DNA from: Candidatus Poribacteria bacterium
GTDB taxonomy: Bacteria; Poribacteria; WGA-4E; WGA-3G
Reading direction: 5' to 3'
DNA: 64,000 bases
Assembly (NCBI GenBank): GCA_009841255.1
Contig: VXMD01000030.1
Location: 27,148 to 91,147, forward strand
Shown here: positions 18,628-27,650 of the stretch, piece by piece
Layout of the letters: each line of letters begins with the position of its first letter
Numbering within the stretch: the stretch's first letter is position 1
Translations under genes and position numbers: made by a program
The notes under the pieces: model-generated
Databases searched by the model: none
Seen by the model: the letters and a program-made list of their open reading frames with translations, nothing else
What the model was told of the DNA's origin: nothing

Positions 18628-19944
18628 CTATGCCTCTGCCAATAGCATACGTTCAACTCTCTCTTTTGCCTGCTCCACAACAGTACCCGCTTCTTGCTGT
18701 AGTTGTTTAGCCCGATTGCGCGCATTAGCGATATACTCAGCGATTTCAGTCTGCTTTTCAATGGGAGGCTTTGGAATGATTAACTCCTTGAAGAACTCAC
18801 TTGAGACCCTTTGCTGTCCGGCAGAACCCGTGAAATGCAACACAGCATGTTCTCGTAAAGACTTCAGGCGCAACAATGCATGAATATAGTGAATGTTTAT
18901 CTTCTCTAATGCACGAAAGACATGGAACTCCGTCGAACCACATCCAATACCTTCGTTCAAATTATCAACAACAGCAGACTTCCCATTTTCCATACACGGC
19001 GTGATTTTTGCCCAAATCAGATCGTTATTCCTGAACCGTGTATATCCCTTTGCTCCCGCGATTGTTTTGCATAGGGATAGGTCGGCTTCCCCATATTCGG
19101 CTGAAACTTTTTCCATAGGAACAAAGGTTATACTTGTGTCCAATTCATATCCATGGAAGGAGAGCGGCGGATTAATGAGAACACAATTTTGAAATTTTTC
19201 CATCGGGTAGAGCTTCGTATGTAGCGAGTAAACCTGATAATACATCTCCGGATCAAATCGTCGTCCAGATACCTCGCTGAGCATTGCAGTAAAAACACGG
19301 TTTTCAATGCTATTTTCTTTCTCCTGAGGTCTTTCAATCCCTAACGCCTTCGGCATATAATCATCAATCGAATCCAAAAGTGTGTTTGCTTCTTGTTCTT
19401 TCTGCTTTTTCTGCCTATAGGCGGATCGCATGATGCTGACAATATGGTTTTGGATATTGGTAGGTGGAAGAATAATTCTGAGAGAATACAGAGCTTTGTA
19501 GTCGAGTGCAGGACGAGTTCCACCTGTAACTTCTCGGATCGCCAAAGATTGACCGAGAGACAAGTTAAGGAAAACGGCCACATAGCGCGGGTTAATAGCA
19601 TTATTGGCAACGTGTGTTTTGAGTTGAAATCGAACAGAATGTTGATTTATATTGCCTTCAAAGTTATCAGGAACAACCGCAACACTTCCGATTCTGCCGG
19701 TTATTGTGAATACCAGATCGTCTTTTTTGAGTTGTGAACGCTTGAGCATGCCATTATGCACTTCCCTTGTGATGAACTTTGCATCGCTCAAATCAATTCC
19801 CTCGTCCACAACATTTTGGACTCTCAAAAATGGAATACCAGAGGAATCTGTATAGTAATCTTCGTCAACCTTTGGCGTGGCTCCGCTTGAGATATCACTT
19901 ATCAAGGCACCCAAATTGACAACATCAAATTGAGCGTTTTTCAA
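18628..19944 (-). CDS. hsdS: Restriction-modification specificity subunit (HsdS-like, two target-recognition domains)
   Basis: 438 aa with duplicated TRD plus conserved helical regions (..LPPTNIQNHIVSIM.., ..IPKPPIEKQTEIAEYI..). It has a TTG start, with no in-frame ATG nearby. Confidence 0.85.
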   Translation of the reverse strand: MKNAQFDVVNLGALISDISSGATPKVDEDYYTDSSGIPFLRVQNVVDEGIDLSDAKFITREVHNGMLKRSQLKKDDLVFTITGRIGSVAVVPDNFEGNINQHSVRFQLKTHVANNAINPRYVAVFLNLSLGQSLAIREVTGGTRPALDYKALYSLRIILPPTNIQNHIVSIMRSAYRQKKQKEQEANTLLDSIDDYMPKALGIERPQEKENSIENRVFTAMLSEVSGRRFDPEMYYQVYSLHTKLYPMEKFQNCVLINPPLSFHGYELDTSITFVPMEKVSAEYGEADLSLCKTIAGAKGYTRFRNNDLIWAKITPCMENGKSAVVDNLNEGIGCGSTEFHVFRALEKINIHYIHALLRLKSLREHAVLHFTGSAGQQRVSSEFFKELIIPKPPIEKQTEIAEYIANARNRAKQLQQEAGTVVEQAKERVERMLLAEA

Positions 19945-20051
19945 TGCTTTATCAGTAGACTTAAATTTGGGTTGGTAATAGTAGGCATTAATCCGCTTAT
20001 TGATTATTTCGCCCCGATAGGTGAGAAAAATTTGATCTTCCCTATCAGGGC

Positions 20052-22322
20052 TTACCCGAAAAAATCCGGGTTCTCAGTGAATTTTCGGTACTCCTCACAG
20101 ATGGTATCGAGGTCGTTAACCGAATCTTTGCGTCCCGTTGCGTCATAACCGATACGCTCGGCGATTGCCATGAAGATTGGATGGTTGGCGTTCTCCCGAA
20201 CCCAACCTCGAATGTCTTCGGCGTTCTTATATTCCCATTCCTCTTTAACAGCGTCAATCTTTTCCTTATATTCTGCCTTGACTTGGCTTTCCCACTGTGG
20301 ATCAGCTGCCGCTTTAAACGCGGCTTTGTATTCCTTCTCCAGCGCATTCAGCGCGCTTGTCTGTGCCTTAAGTTCCGCGCGTGCGGTTTGCAAGTCATAC
20401 AATTCAAATTCTCTGGTAGGCGTGGGCTCAATTTCTTCTGGGAAGAAAAAGGCACTGAGGGTTTGAACCTTTTTCGTTGGAGGTTTGTCAAGTTTCTGAT
20501 TTAAGGCATCAATGCTGTCCAAAATCGTCATGAATTGCCGTCTATATGTCTCTGTTGTATCAACCTGTGCTGGAGAGCCTCTTGTGATAAGCGTCCGGCG
20601 TTCACCTTCAAGTTCCTCAATCTTAGGGACATAGATCGCTTCGTTCTTTTTAGCAATTTGATCAATGGCGGCTTGATAACGTTCATATTCCTGTTCCGAA
20701 AACTTTCGGAGGAACAGAATGGACGTTTTAACGCCGGCGCCGTAATGCGAGAAAGCGATCTGTGGGAGTGAAACAACAGCGAGGATCTGAAAGTGTCGTT
20801 CAATGTAATCTCGGACGTATTGCAATGAGGAGTTGGTCAAGATACCATCAGGTAGAACAATCGCGAGTTTTCCGGTTTCCCACTTGAGGAAATCGAAACA
20901 GCGTTCAAGAAACAGAATCTCTGTTTTTTGAGAAGCATTTCCCTTACCGAGTTCGTACTTTTCAAGATAGGGCAATTCTGCCTGTTTGATGACAGCACCA
21001 AAGGGTGGATTCGTAAGGATTACATCAAATCTCTCTTCTTCAAAGCCTCTGTTTTGGTTGTAGAGGATATTGAAATCGACGAGTGCATCGTTGCTGATGA
21101 CGTTGCTATGCCCATCATCGTGAATAATCATGTTCATTTTCGCGACGCGGGCAATGGAGTCGTTGACCTCAATGCCGAAGAGCCGATCCTTCGCAAAATC
21201 GTGCCAGTGGTTATAGTGTTCAGGGGTCCCTTCGGTGTGAAATTCAGATGCCTGTGCCCGGATGTAATCCATGGCGTGTAACAAAAAACCGCCCGAACCG
21301 CACGCAGGATCAAGGATGAGTTCCTCATGGTCGGGCGTGATCATATCAACCATAAACTCAACGACTTCGCGAGGTGTGAAGAACTGTCCGATTTCGCCTT
21401 TGAAGAAATTCCCCAAGAATCGTTCAAACGCAACACCTTTCACATCCAAATTGGTCTGGTTGAGGCTAATCCTTTGCAAGTGATTAACAACGGAAAATAG
21501 CCGACTTTCATCAATTTCAATATCTTCTTTAAACACCTCTGGGTCTTGTGCTTTTGCCTCTCGATAAAGTCTGTTAATTCGGTTCGCAACGGATTTTGAA
21601 GTTTCATGGGTTTTAATTTGAAAATCGTAAGGTTCACCGTTTCGTCTCGCCTTCTTTTCATCCCGGATTTTGATAAAGAGAATTTTGGCGAGTTCGTCAA
21701 ACGCCTGCGTAGGTGCAAATTTACCGCCTTGCCAGAGGGTATCATGGCATTTCTCAAGGACGCGGATAAGGTCTCCTCTTTCAATGACAGAGAGTTCCGC
21801 ACGAGGGACACCTTTCAAATATCGCCATTCTTGGACTTTGCCGTATCCTATGGGCGGATCGGCGATGATATTTTCCGTGCGTTCACCCGGCTTGTGATTT
21901 TTGACATCAAAGGATCTACGTGTATTTCCGGCAACGACAACAGCGTAATGCCCACCCAAGGAATTACAGTTACCGAAAGCCTGTTCAATCGCCTGCTCGA
22001 ATTCAGCCTCAGAAATTCCATCCTTTTTGCACTCAATTACGATGAAAGGATCTTTCTTATCATCGTCTTGGAAAACGACAATGTCGGCGAGGTCGGAGGG
22101 AGTTCTGCGTGGAACACGCACCTCTAAATCAATCCGGTTTTCGAAATATTGAAAATGTTCGATTAATTCGACGTAAAATTTTGCGCGGACCTGTTCTTCC
22201 GGGTCGGTGAATCTGTATTTTTTGTCTGGGGCAATGTAATGGATCCTCGTTCCTTCGTTAAGGAGTTGGATGTAACCTTTCCGTTCTCCGATGTCGAGGA
22301 AATCGGTTTGATTGCTTCTCAC
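20052..22322 (-). CDS. N6-adenine DNA methyltransferase (HsdM-like, gamma class) with an N-terminal PD-(D/E)xK (HSDR_N-like) nuclease domain
   Basis: The N-terminus has ..DLADIVVF..DPFIVIECKK.. (D..ExK). Motif I is ILDPACGSGGFLL and motif IV is ILTNPPFG. The C-terminal ~200 aa are coiled-coil-like. GTG start. Confidence 0.85.
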   Translation of the reverse strand: MRSNQTDFLDIGERKGYIQLLNEGTRIHYIAPDKKYRFTDPEEQVRAKFYVELIEHFQYFENRIDLEVRVPRRTPSDLADIVVFQDDDKKDPFIVIECKKDGISEAEFEQAIEQAFGNCNSLGGHYAVVVAGNTRRSFDVKNHKPGERTENIIADPPIGYGKVQEWRYLKGVPRAELSVIERGDLIRVLEKCHDTLWQGGKFAPTQAFDELAKILFIKIRDEKKARRNGEPYDFQIKTHETSKSVANRINRLYREAKAQDPEVFKEDIEIDESRLFSVVNHLQRISLNQTNLDVKGVAFERFLGNFFKGEIGQFFTPREVVEFMVDMITPDHEELILDPACGSGGFLLHAMDYIRAQASEFHTEGTPEHYNHWHDFAKDRLFGIEVNDSIARVAKMNMIIHDDGHSNVISNDALVDFNILYNQNRGFEEERFDVILTNPPFGAVIKQAELPYLEKYELGKGNASQKTEILFLERCFDFLKWETGKLAIVLPDGILTNSSLQYVRDYIERHFQILAVVSLPQIAFSHYGAGVKTSILFLRKFSEQEYERYQAAIDQIAKKNEAIYVPKIEELEGERRTLITRGSPAQVDTTETYRRQFMTILDSIDALNQKLDKPPTKKVQTLSAFFFPEEIEPTPTREFELYDLQTARAELKAQTSALNALEKEYKAAFKAAADPQWESQVKAEYKEKIDAVKEEWEYKNAEDIRGWVRENANHPIFMAIAERIGYDATGRKDSVNDLDTICEEYRKFTENPDFFG

Positions 22323-22357
22323 GTGTTCCTGCCTGCTTTTCTGATAACATTAATAGG

Positions 22358-22386
22358 ATTATAGAGCATCTGAAACCGTTTGTCAA
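22358..22386 (-). promoter_or_regulatory. Consensus sigma70 promoter of the methylase-hsdS operon
   Basis: Minus strand reads TTGACA-17 nt-TATAAT, 35 nt upstream of the GTG at 22322. Confidence 0.65.
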
Positions 22387-22827
22387 ACTCAAAATCCTGT
22401 CCCTTACCCCCATTTTTAATGGGAGTCCTGTTGTGAAAGGTATTTGTTGAAAAAAGTATGGGAACGTCAGGGGTGTTCTGGTAGAATACCTCCCTATAGA
22501 AAGAAAAGTTGCAACCAATAACAACGTTCTAAGGAGGTATTCTGAACGTCGACGGTAAATTGCCGGCTACGATCTCAATTGTTGCCGCTGCGGTGCGATG
22601 GTGGCTCAAAAATGAGAACAATACGATAGATTTACCGATTACGACGCGCACCGGGTATCCACAGAGCAGGTAAAGAACGCGGACGTGAGCAGGTGAAGGG
22701 GATGGATTGTCAGGTCATTAAATGTTCTACAATAATAAAAAATAATATGTTATCAATCTTCCCGCCAAGACCCGATGATTTAGCTTGTGGGATGTAGGCG
22801 GGCATTGGGTTTGTCGTTCAAGAAACA

Positions 22828-23195
22828 TTGGACATCCGCCTAAAAATATGGTATAATTAAGAGTATTAAGTTGGTAGACATTCACAGCGTAACCGCAGTG
22901 TAGTAAACATAAGCGTCTTCTAAAACAAGTGGGTCAATGGACTGCTACGACAAAACCGTGTAGCGATTGTGGTTTTCACAACGAAACCCTAACTCTCTCT
23001 GATAGGCAGTGGACATGCCCTGAATGTGGTTCACACCACGATAGAGACATCAACGCTGCGATAAACGATATGCCTGTAGAATACTACAGGGAAACGCCCG
23101 CGGGTGGAGCGACAGTCAGACGGTGGACTCTTTGAGAAAACCGCAGTCGCTATGAAACCGAAGCCCCAACCTTTAGATTGTGGGTGCTATCACTC
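22828..23195 (+). mobile_element. Internally deleted IS200/IS605-family (TnpB-only) element remnant: left-end promoter, 3' tnpB fragment, right-end/omega-RNA region
   Basis: TTGGAC-18-TATAAT (TGn-extended) resembles the promoter/left end of the copy at 62836. Positions 22932..23020 are about 85% identical to 63912..64000. Boundaries are approximate. Confidence 0.6.
22929..23135 (+). pseudogene. tnpB: tnpB C-terminal fragment (zinc finger plus RuvC-III)
   Basis: WTATTKPCSDCGFHNETLTLSDRQWTCPECGSHHDRDINAAIN. Only the last ~60 residues of a ~400-aa protein are present. Confidence 0.8.
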
Positions 23196-23241
23196 AAACT
23201 CACATAAAAGTCAGATTCATTTCTTTAGGAGATTGAACAGT

Positions 23242-23937
23242 ATGAAAATTATGATGGTATTAGCAGGATTTGTGTTGATGATAGCCTATTGTGTTATCGG
23301 CACGAGCGACATGGCACAGGCGGAGGAAGTCTTAGGAACAGGAACAGATTCACTGCTGGGAGGAGACCTAACCGACCCAGAAGACGATGGTGAACCTGAA
23401 GCCGATAAAGGTTACAACGCCACTTTCTCAGCCAACGATGAACCCGGATTCGCGGGCGGCGAATTTGCGTTTAACGTCTTCGATAACCGCCTTGGCCCCA
23501 GCAATGATAAATGGTGCTGCGGACGTGGAGGCGGCATCCCGAAAGAAGGTCTACACGTGACAGCTGAGTTTGAGGAGCAGTACGCATTAACACACTTCAC
23601 CGTATCTTCAGCGAACGATGTTCCACCGAGGGACCCCACAGTGTGGGAGGTTCAGGGGTCGAACGACGGCAAAGATTTTACGACCATCTATGCTCACGAC
23701 GGGAAAAGTTTTTGGGAGCAGCGACTGCAAGTCGTCCTTTTTGAGGCAGGGGAAGATTACGACGTTCAAAAAACTGGGTATCGGTTTTTTCGACATGTTA
23801 CTTTTGACACCGCATCGAACCCGGCTGGGGCGTACTTTCAAATTGGCGAAATTGAGTTCTTCGGCGATGATAGTTTTCCTGTAGACCCCAGAGCCAAACT
23901 CGCAACCACATGGGGACACATCAAAAACGTCCGATAA
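23242..23937 (+). CDS. Secreted discoidin/F5-8-type-C-like domain protein with C-terminal TTWG tail
   Basis: AGGAG lies 10 nt before ATG 23242. Signal peptide MKIMMVLAGFVLMIAYCVIG..AQA. Contains WEVQGSNDGKDFTTIY and ends PVDPRAKLATTWGHIKNVR. Confidence 0.7.
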   Translation: MKIMMVLAGFVLMIAYCVIGTSDMAQAEEVLGTGTDSLLGGDLTDPEDDGEPEADKGYNATFSANDEPGFAGGEFAFNVFDNRLGPSNDKWCCGRGGGIPKEGLHVTAEFEEQYALTHFTVSSANDVPPRDPTVWEVQGSNDGKDFTTIYAHDGKSFWEQRLQVVLFEAGEDYDVQKTGYRFFRHVTFDTASNPAGAYFQIGEIEFFGDDSFPVDPRAKLATTWGHIKNVR

Positions 23938-23963
23938 GCGCAAATATCGGACATTTTCTAAAT

Positions 23964-24002
23964 CGGCTTGAATCCAGTAATAACTTGGTTCGAGCCGTTT
24001 TT
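23964..24002 (+). terminator. Rho-independent terminator
   Basis: CGGCUUGAAUC-loop-GGUUCGAGCCG (11 bp including 2 G-U pairs) followed by UUUUU. Confidence 0.7.
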
Positions 24003-24075
24003 CATATCTGCTTGAAACCGCTCAAAGCGCATCGCCAAAAACACCCTTAAGGAATTGAACATCAAGGAACAGTTG

Positions 24076-24996
24076 TTAAACACTCTTAATCTTCCCTAAA
24101 ATAGCGCCAACAATATCCGATGTTGATTCCCGATCCAGCCAGTCAATGCGTGTATCTTTGCGGAACCATGTCAACTGTCGTTTGGCGAACCGACGGGTGT
24201 TCCGTTTCAGTTGTGAGATCGCTTCCAGATATGTGCAGTCTCCGTCGAGATACGCGATTAACTCTCGATAGCCGAAACTTTGGAGCGCGACTGAGTCCCG
24301 TGCATATCCCATCGCTAACAACGATTCAACCTCTGCTATCAATCCATTGGCAAGCATCACGTCTACGCGCTGTTCGATACGACGGTATAGCAGCGCACGC
24401 GGCATCGTGAGTCCGAAGGCGATGAACGGATATCGCTGTTTTTTGGGATGCCACTGCTGTTGGAGTTCGGACATCGGAGTGCCTGTCAATTCATAGACCT
24501 CTAAAGCACGAATGACACGGACGACGTTGTTCGGATGGATGCGTTCAGCAGATTCTGGATCACAGGCTCGAAGCCGGTTGTGGAGGTGATCAACCCCGTG
24601 TTGTGCCGCTTCCGCTTCAAGTCGCTTTCGGAGTGTAGGGTGCGCTCCCGGTCCCTCAAACAAACCGTCAACAATCGCTCGGAAATAGAGTCCCGCACCG
24701 CCAACCAGCAACATCCGCTTGCCCCTGTTTTGGATGTCGGCAATTGCTATGTCTGCGAGGGATTGATAGTCGGCAACGGAGAAGCGTTGGGAAATGTCGA
24801 CGCAGTCTATGAGGTGATGCTGTGCTGTCTGCTGTTCCTCAGGGGTGGGTTTGGCGGTGCCGATATCCATCTGTCGATAGATTTGGCGAGAATCGACAGA
24901 GACAATCTCGGCATTGAGACGTTGTGCGAGTTGGATCGCTATTTCTGTTTTGCCAACTGCTGTGGGACCGAGAAGGCAGACGAGTTTTGACTTCAT
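24076..24996 (-). CDS. miaA: tRNA dimethylallyltransferase
   Basis: P-loop GPTAVGKT, SVDSRQIYRQMDIGTAKPT, and overall MiaA layout. Confidence 0.9.
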   Translation of the reverse strand: MKSKLVCLLGPTAVGKTEIAIQLAQRLNAEIVSVDSRQIYRQMDIGTAKPTPEEQQTAQHHLIDCVDISQRFSVADYQSLADIAIADIQNRGKRMLLVGGAGLYFRAIVDGLFEGPGAHPTLRKRLEAEAAQHGVDHLHNRLRACDPESAERIHPNNVVRVIRALEVYELTGTPMSELQQQWHPKKQRYPFIAFGLTMPRALLYRRIEQRVDVMLANGLIAEVESLLAMGYARDSVALQSFGYRELIAYLDGDCTYLEAISQLKRNTRRFAKRQLTWFRKDTRIDWLDRESTSDIVGAILGKIKSV

Positions 24997-24997
24997 T

Positions 24998-25477
24998 TCA
25001 AGATGCCGCCGCTTTCAACTTGGGAAGCCACCGTGAAAAGAAGGCAATCGCTTTCGGATCCCGGCAATGCGGCGCGCACAAGTATTTGCCCCTGCTGCTT
25101 TCAGTATAGCCTAAGGCAAAGATCCCAAAAACTTGCCATCCGATAGTGGTAACACCTCCAGCAAGGCCCCCGATACTCACAACACCAACAGCGTTGCATC
25201 CAATGGCTATAATACCGATAGCATTGTACCCGATAGCAATAACACCTGCAACGTTGTACCCGACAGCGATAAGTCCTCCAACATTAACACCAATGGCAAT
25301 AAGACTGACAAAGTTTAAACCAAAAGTGAGTGGACCGTAAGCGTGGACATTCATATAGTGGAGAAAAAAGGGAAGCACAGATACAAAAGCCATCAAGATG
25401 CCGTAAGCAATACTCCACCTTACTAAATACGGTTTGAAGGTTTTTTTAAAGTTTTCAGGAGTGGTTGTAACTTGCAT
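24998..25477 (-). CDS. Small membrane protein with six decapeptide Gly-rich repeats (G-x4-G-x-N-x2)
   Basis: GLIAVGYNVA GVIAIGYNAI GIIAIGCNAV GVVSIGGLAG GVTTIGWQVF. It lies between mnmA and miaA with a 1-nt gap to miaA. The start is uncertain: the tracked TTG 25510 lies in a hairpin, so ATG 25477 is preferred. Confidence 0.55.
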   Translation of the reverse strand: MQVTTTPENFKKTFKPYLVRWSIAYGILMAFVSVLPFFLHYMNVHAYGPLTFGLNFVSLIAIGVNVGGLIAVGYNVAGVIAIGYNAIGIIAIGCNAVGVVSIGGLAGGVTTIGWQVFGIFALGYTESSRGKYLCAPHCRDPKAIAFFSRWLPKLKAAAS

Positions 25478-25527
25478 TTGGCGAACCCTTAGTAGAGCGT
25501 TGGGTTTCAACTCCGTTTCAACCCAAC

Positions 25528-26628
25528 CTACGGAACATTTGTAGCATCGCGGGCATCAACAATCCAACCGCCGCCGAGGACGTATTCCCCATCGTAAAAG
25601 ACGGTGGCTTGCCCGGGTGTAATGGCGCGGCGCGGTTCATCAAACTTCACGATTGCTTCTGTGTCGCTGATAGGCGAGATTGTCGCGGGACCGCCATCGT
25701 CACGGGATCGGATTTTGACGTGCGCACGAATCGGTTCTGTCAATTCCTCAATGGCGATGAGGTTGATGCGTTCAACGTGCATCGTGTCCTCAAATAGCGC
25801 ATCGGATTCACCGACGACAACAGTTTTTGCTGCGGCATCAAGCTGCGTCACATAGAGCGGTTTCCCGACGGCGATACCTAACCCACGCCGTTGCCCGACG
25901 GTATAAAACGGCACCCCGTCATGTTTACCGAGGACCTTGCCTTCTTCATCTACAATATCGCCCCCCTGAATTTTTTCAGGGACTCTGTCTTGGAGGAAAC
26001 GTCTATAGTTGGTATCAGCAACGAAGCAGAGTTCTTGACTCTCAATCTTTTCAGCGGTTCGCAACTGATACTTCCGTGCCAGGTCTCGGACTTCGGCTTT
26101 CGTGTATTCACCGAGTGGCATGATCGCACAGCGTAATTGTTCCTGTGTGAGTGCGGCGAGGAAATAGGACTGGTCTTTGCTGATATCGCGTGCTTTACGT
26201 AAGAGATAGCGTCCTGTCTCTGGATGTTGCTCAATGCGGGCATAGTGTCCCGTGGCAATGGCATCGCACTCCAATGTTTTGGCGAGGTCAAGGAGTCTAC
26301 CGAATTTCAATTCACGGTTGCATACCATACAGGGACTTGGCGTTCTGCCGATGAGGTATTCCTCCACGAAATAGTCGATAATCTGTTCGCGGAAAGCGTC
26401 CTCGTAATTCACGCCGTAGAAGGGGATACCGAGTTGTGTGGCGACACGGCGCGCATCCTCAATGCCCTCAAGCGAGCAGCAATTGGGACGCTCCGGTTCC
26501 ACCTCGATTGTATCGGGCGCGCCGAGGCGCATGGTAATGCCGGTGACATCATAGCCTGCGTCCACCATCATGGCAGCAGTGACAGAACTATCTACGCCCC
26601 CGCTCATTGCGACGAGAATCTTTTTCAT
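25528..26628 (-). CDS. mnmA: tRNA-specific 2-thiouridylase
   Basis: PP-loop VAMSGGVDSS, the CC..C catalytic region, and overall MnmA length and order. Confidence 0.9.
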   Translation of the reverse strand: MKKILVAMSGGVDSSVTAAMMVDAGYDVTGITMRLGAPDTIEVEPERPNCCSLEGIEDARRVATQLGIPFYGVNYEDAFREQIIDYFVEEYLIGRTPSPCMVCNRELKFGRLLDLAKTLECDAIATGHYARIEQHPETGRYLLRKARDISKDQSYFLAALTQEQLRCAIMPLGEYTKAEVRDLARKYQLRTAEKIESQELCFVADTNYRRFLQDRVPEKIQGGDIVDEEGKVLGKHDGVPFYTVGQRRGLGIAVGKPLYVTQLDAAAKTVVVGESDALFEDTMHVERINLIAIEELTEPIRAHVKIRSRDDGGPATISPISDTEAIVKFDEPRRAITPGQATVFYDGEYVLGGGWIVDARDATNVP

Positions 26629-26715
26629 TTTTTAAATGATCCGCAAAGCGTTAAACCAAGCAATTGGTTCAACAACGATATGCACTTAAGAGCCGCCTGC
26701 GCTGTTGTTGCAGAC
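26629..26715 (-). repeat. Variant leader repeat (core octamer inverted) upstream of mnmA
   Basis: The plus strand reads tttttaaatgatccgcaaagcg directly after the start codon, and agagccgcctgcgctgttgttgcag matches 58423..58447 and 57062..57075. Confidence 0.55.
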
Positions 26716-26775
26716 TACCATCACTTTATAGTCAAAGCATCCAAACCTATATGGAGCTCCCAAAGTTTAGTTTCT

Positions 26776-27390
26776 TTAGCGAGCACTCTTCAATTTACCC
26801 CATGTCGTCGTGAGCTTGTCCGTTGCCTCCACAGGCGCCGCTCCGGAACCACGCGTCAGGAATACCCAGTACGTGGGAGCCAAGTTCGCAGGTGCATCGT
26901 TGTTGCCACCGAGGGATATGTCCCCCGCGGGAAACTCCTTGTTCCGCAGGACGAAAATATCCGTATCGCCTTCATTGGTTTGGAGCAAATAATCAGGCTG
27001 CTCTGTCCATCCTTCACCGTCTGAAGCCCATTTTGGCGGACTCCCCCACCTTTTGTCAGTCGCTAACCAAACGACGACAGGAATTTCAACTCTAAATGTG
27101 ATGAAATCAGCACCCTTAGAGCCTTCATCGTCCATTGCCGTCATGATAAACGTTGCGCCTTCTAATTCTTTTGACATATCCTTGACGAAATAATCCCTGT
27201 CAATGAGATAGATGCTACCTTTCTCAAGCCCCTCCTCGCCCACAACGTAATCACCGACAACACTCCTTGATTCGAGATCCATGACCTCTATATCCTCAAC
27301 GACTACATCCTGTGCCTGAACTGGAGGAAGATAAAAAGATGCGAAGAGAAAACAGGGTAAAATTAAACAGGCAAATCTTTTGATATACAT
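26776..27390 (-). CDS. Secreted hypothetical protein with C-terminal TTWG tail
   Basis: Signal peptide MYIKRFACLILPCFLFASFYLPPVQAQ. Ends PVEATDKLTTTWGKLKSAR. Confidence 0.65.
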   Translation of the reverse strand: MYIKRFACLILPCFLFASFYLPPVQAQDVVVEDIEVMDLESRSVVGDYVVGEEGLEKGSIYLIDRDYFVKDMSKELEGATFIMTAMDDEGSKGADFITFRVEIPVVVWLATDKRWGSPPKWASDGEGWTEQPDYLLQTNEGDTDIFVLRNKEFPAGDISLGGNNDAPANLAPTYWVFLTRGSGAAPVEATDKLTTTWGKLKSAR

Positions 27391-27650
27391 GATACGCCGC
27401 TCCTTTTTTCTTATATACCCCTACGAGCAGTTGAAGTGTTGGGTTTCGCTGGCATTTCGGAGTATTCAAGCCTTTTTTGGAATGGAAATTTCCTGCGTCA
27501 TAAGCGTTTGGTTTTTGACGTTCCGCTCAACCCAACCTACGCTACTGAAACTGAATTCATGTTAATAATTATACCACATAAAAGAGGATTTGTCAGGGAA
27601 AACTCGTAGCGGACAGGCATAGCACGCCTATGAAATTGGTCGTGGCTCGA

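Noticed and set aside
18558-18761. N-terminal 68 aa of the tracked 138-aa ORF containing HicB
   Set aside because: It overlaps the hsdS 3' end and the mapped promoter. ATG 18557 has a GGAGG site and yields a typical 70-aa HicB-like protein.
26224-27024. 266-aa plus-strand ORF
   Set aside because: It overlaps mnmA and the secreted-protein gene on the opposite strand and spans their intergenic region. It has no motifs.
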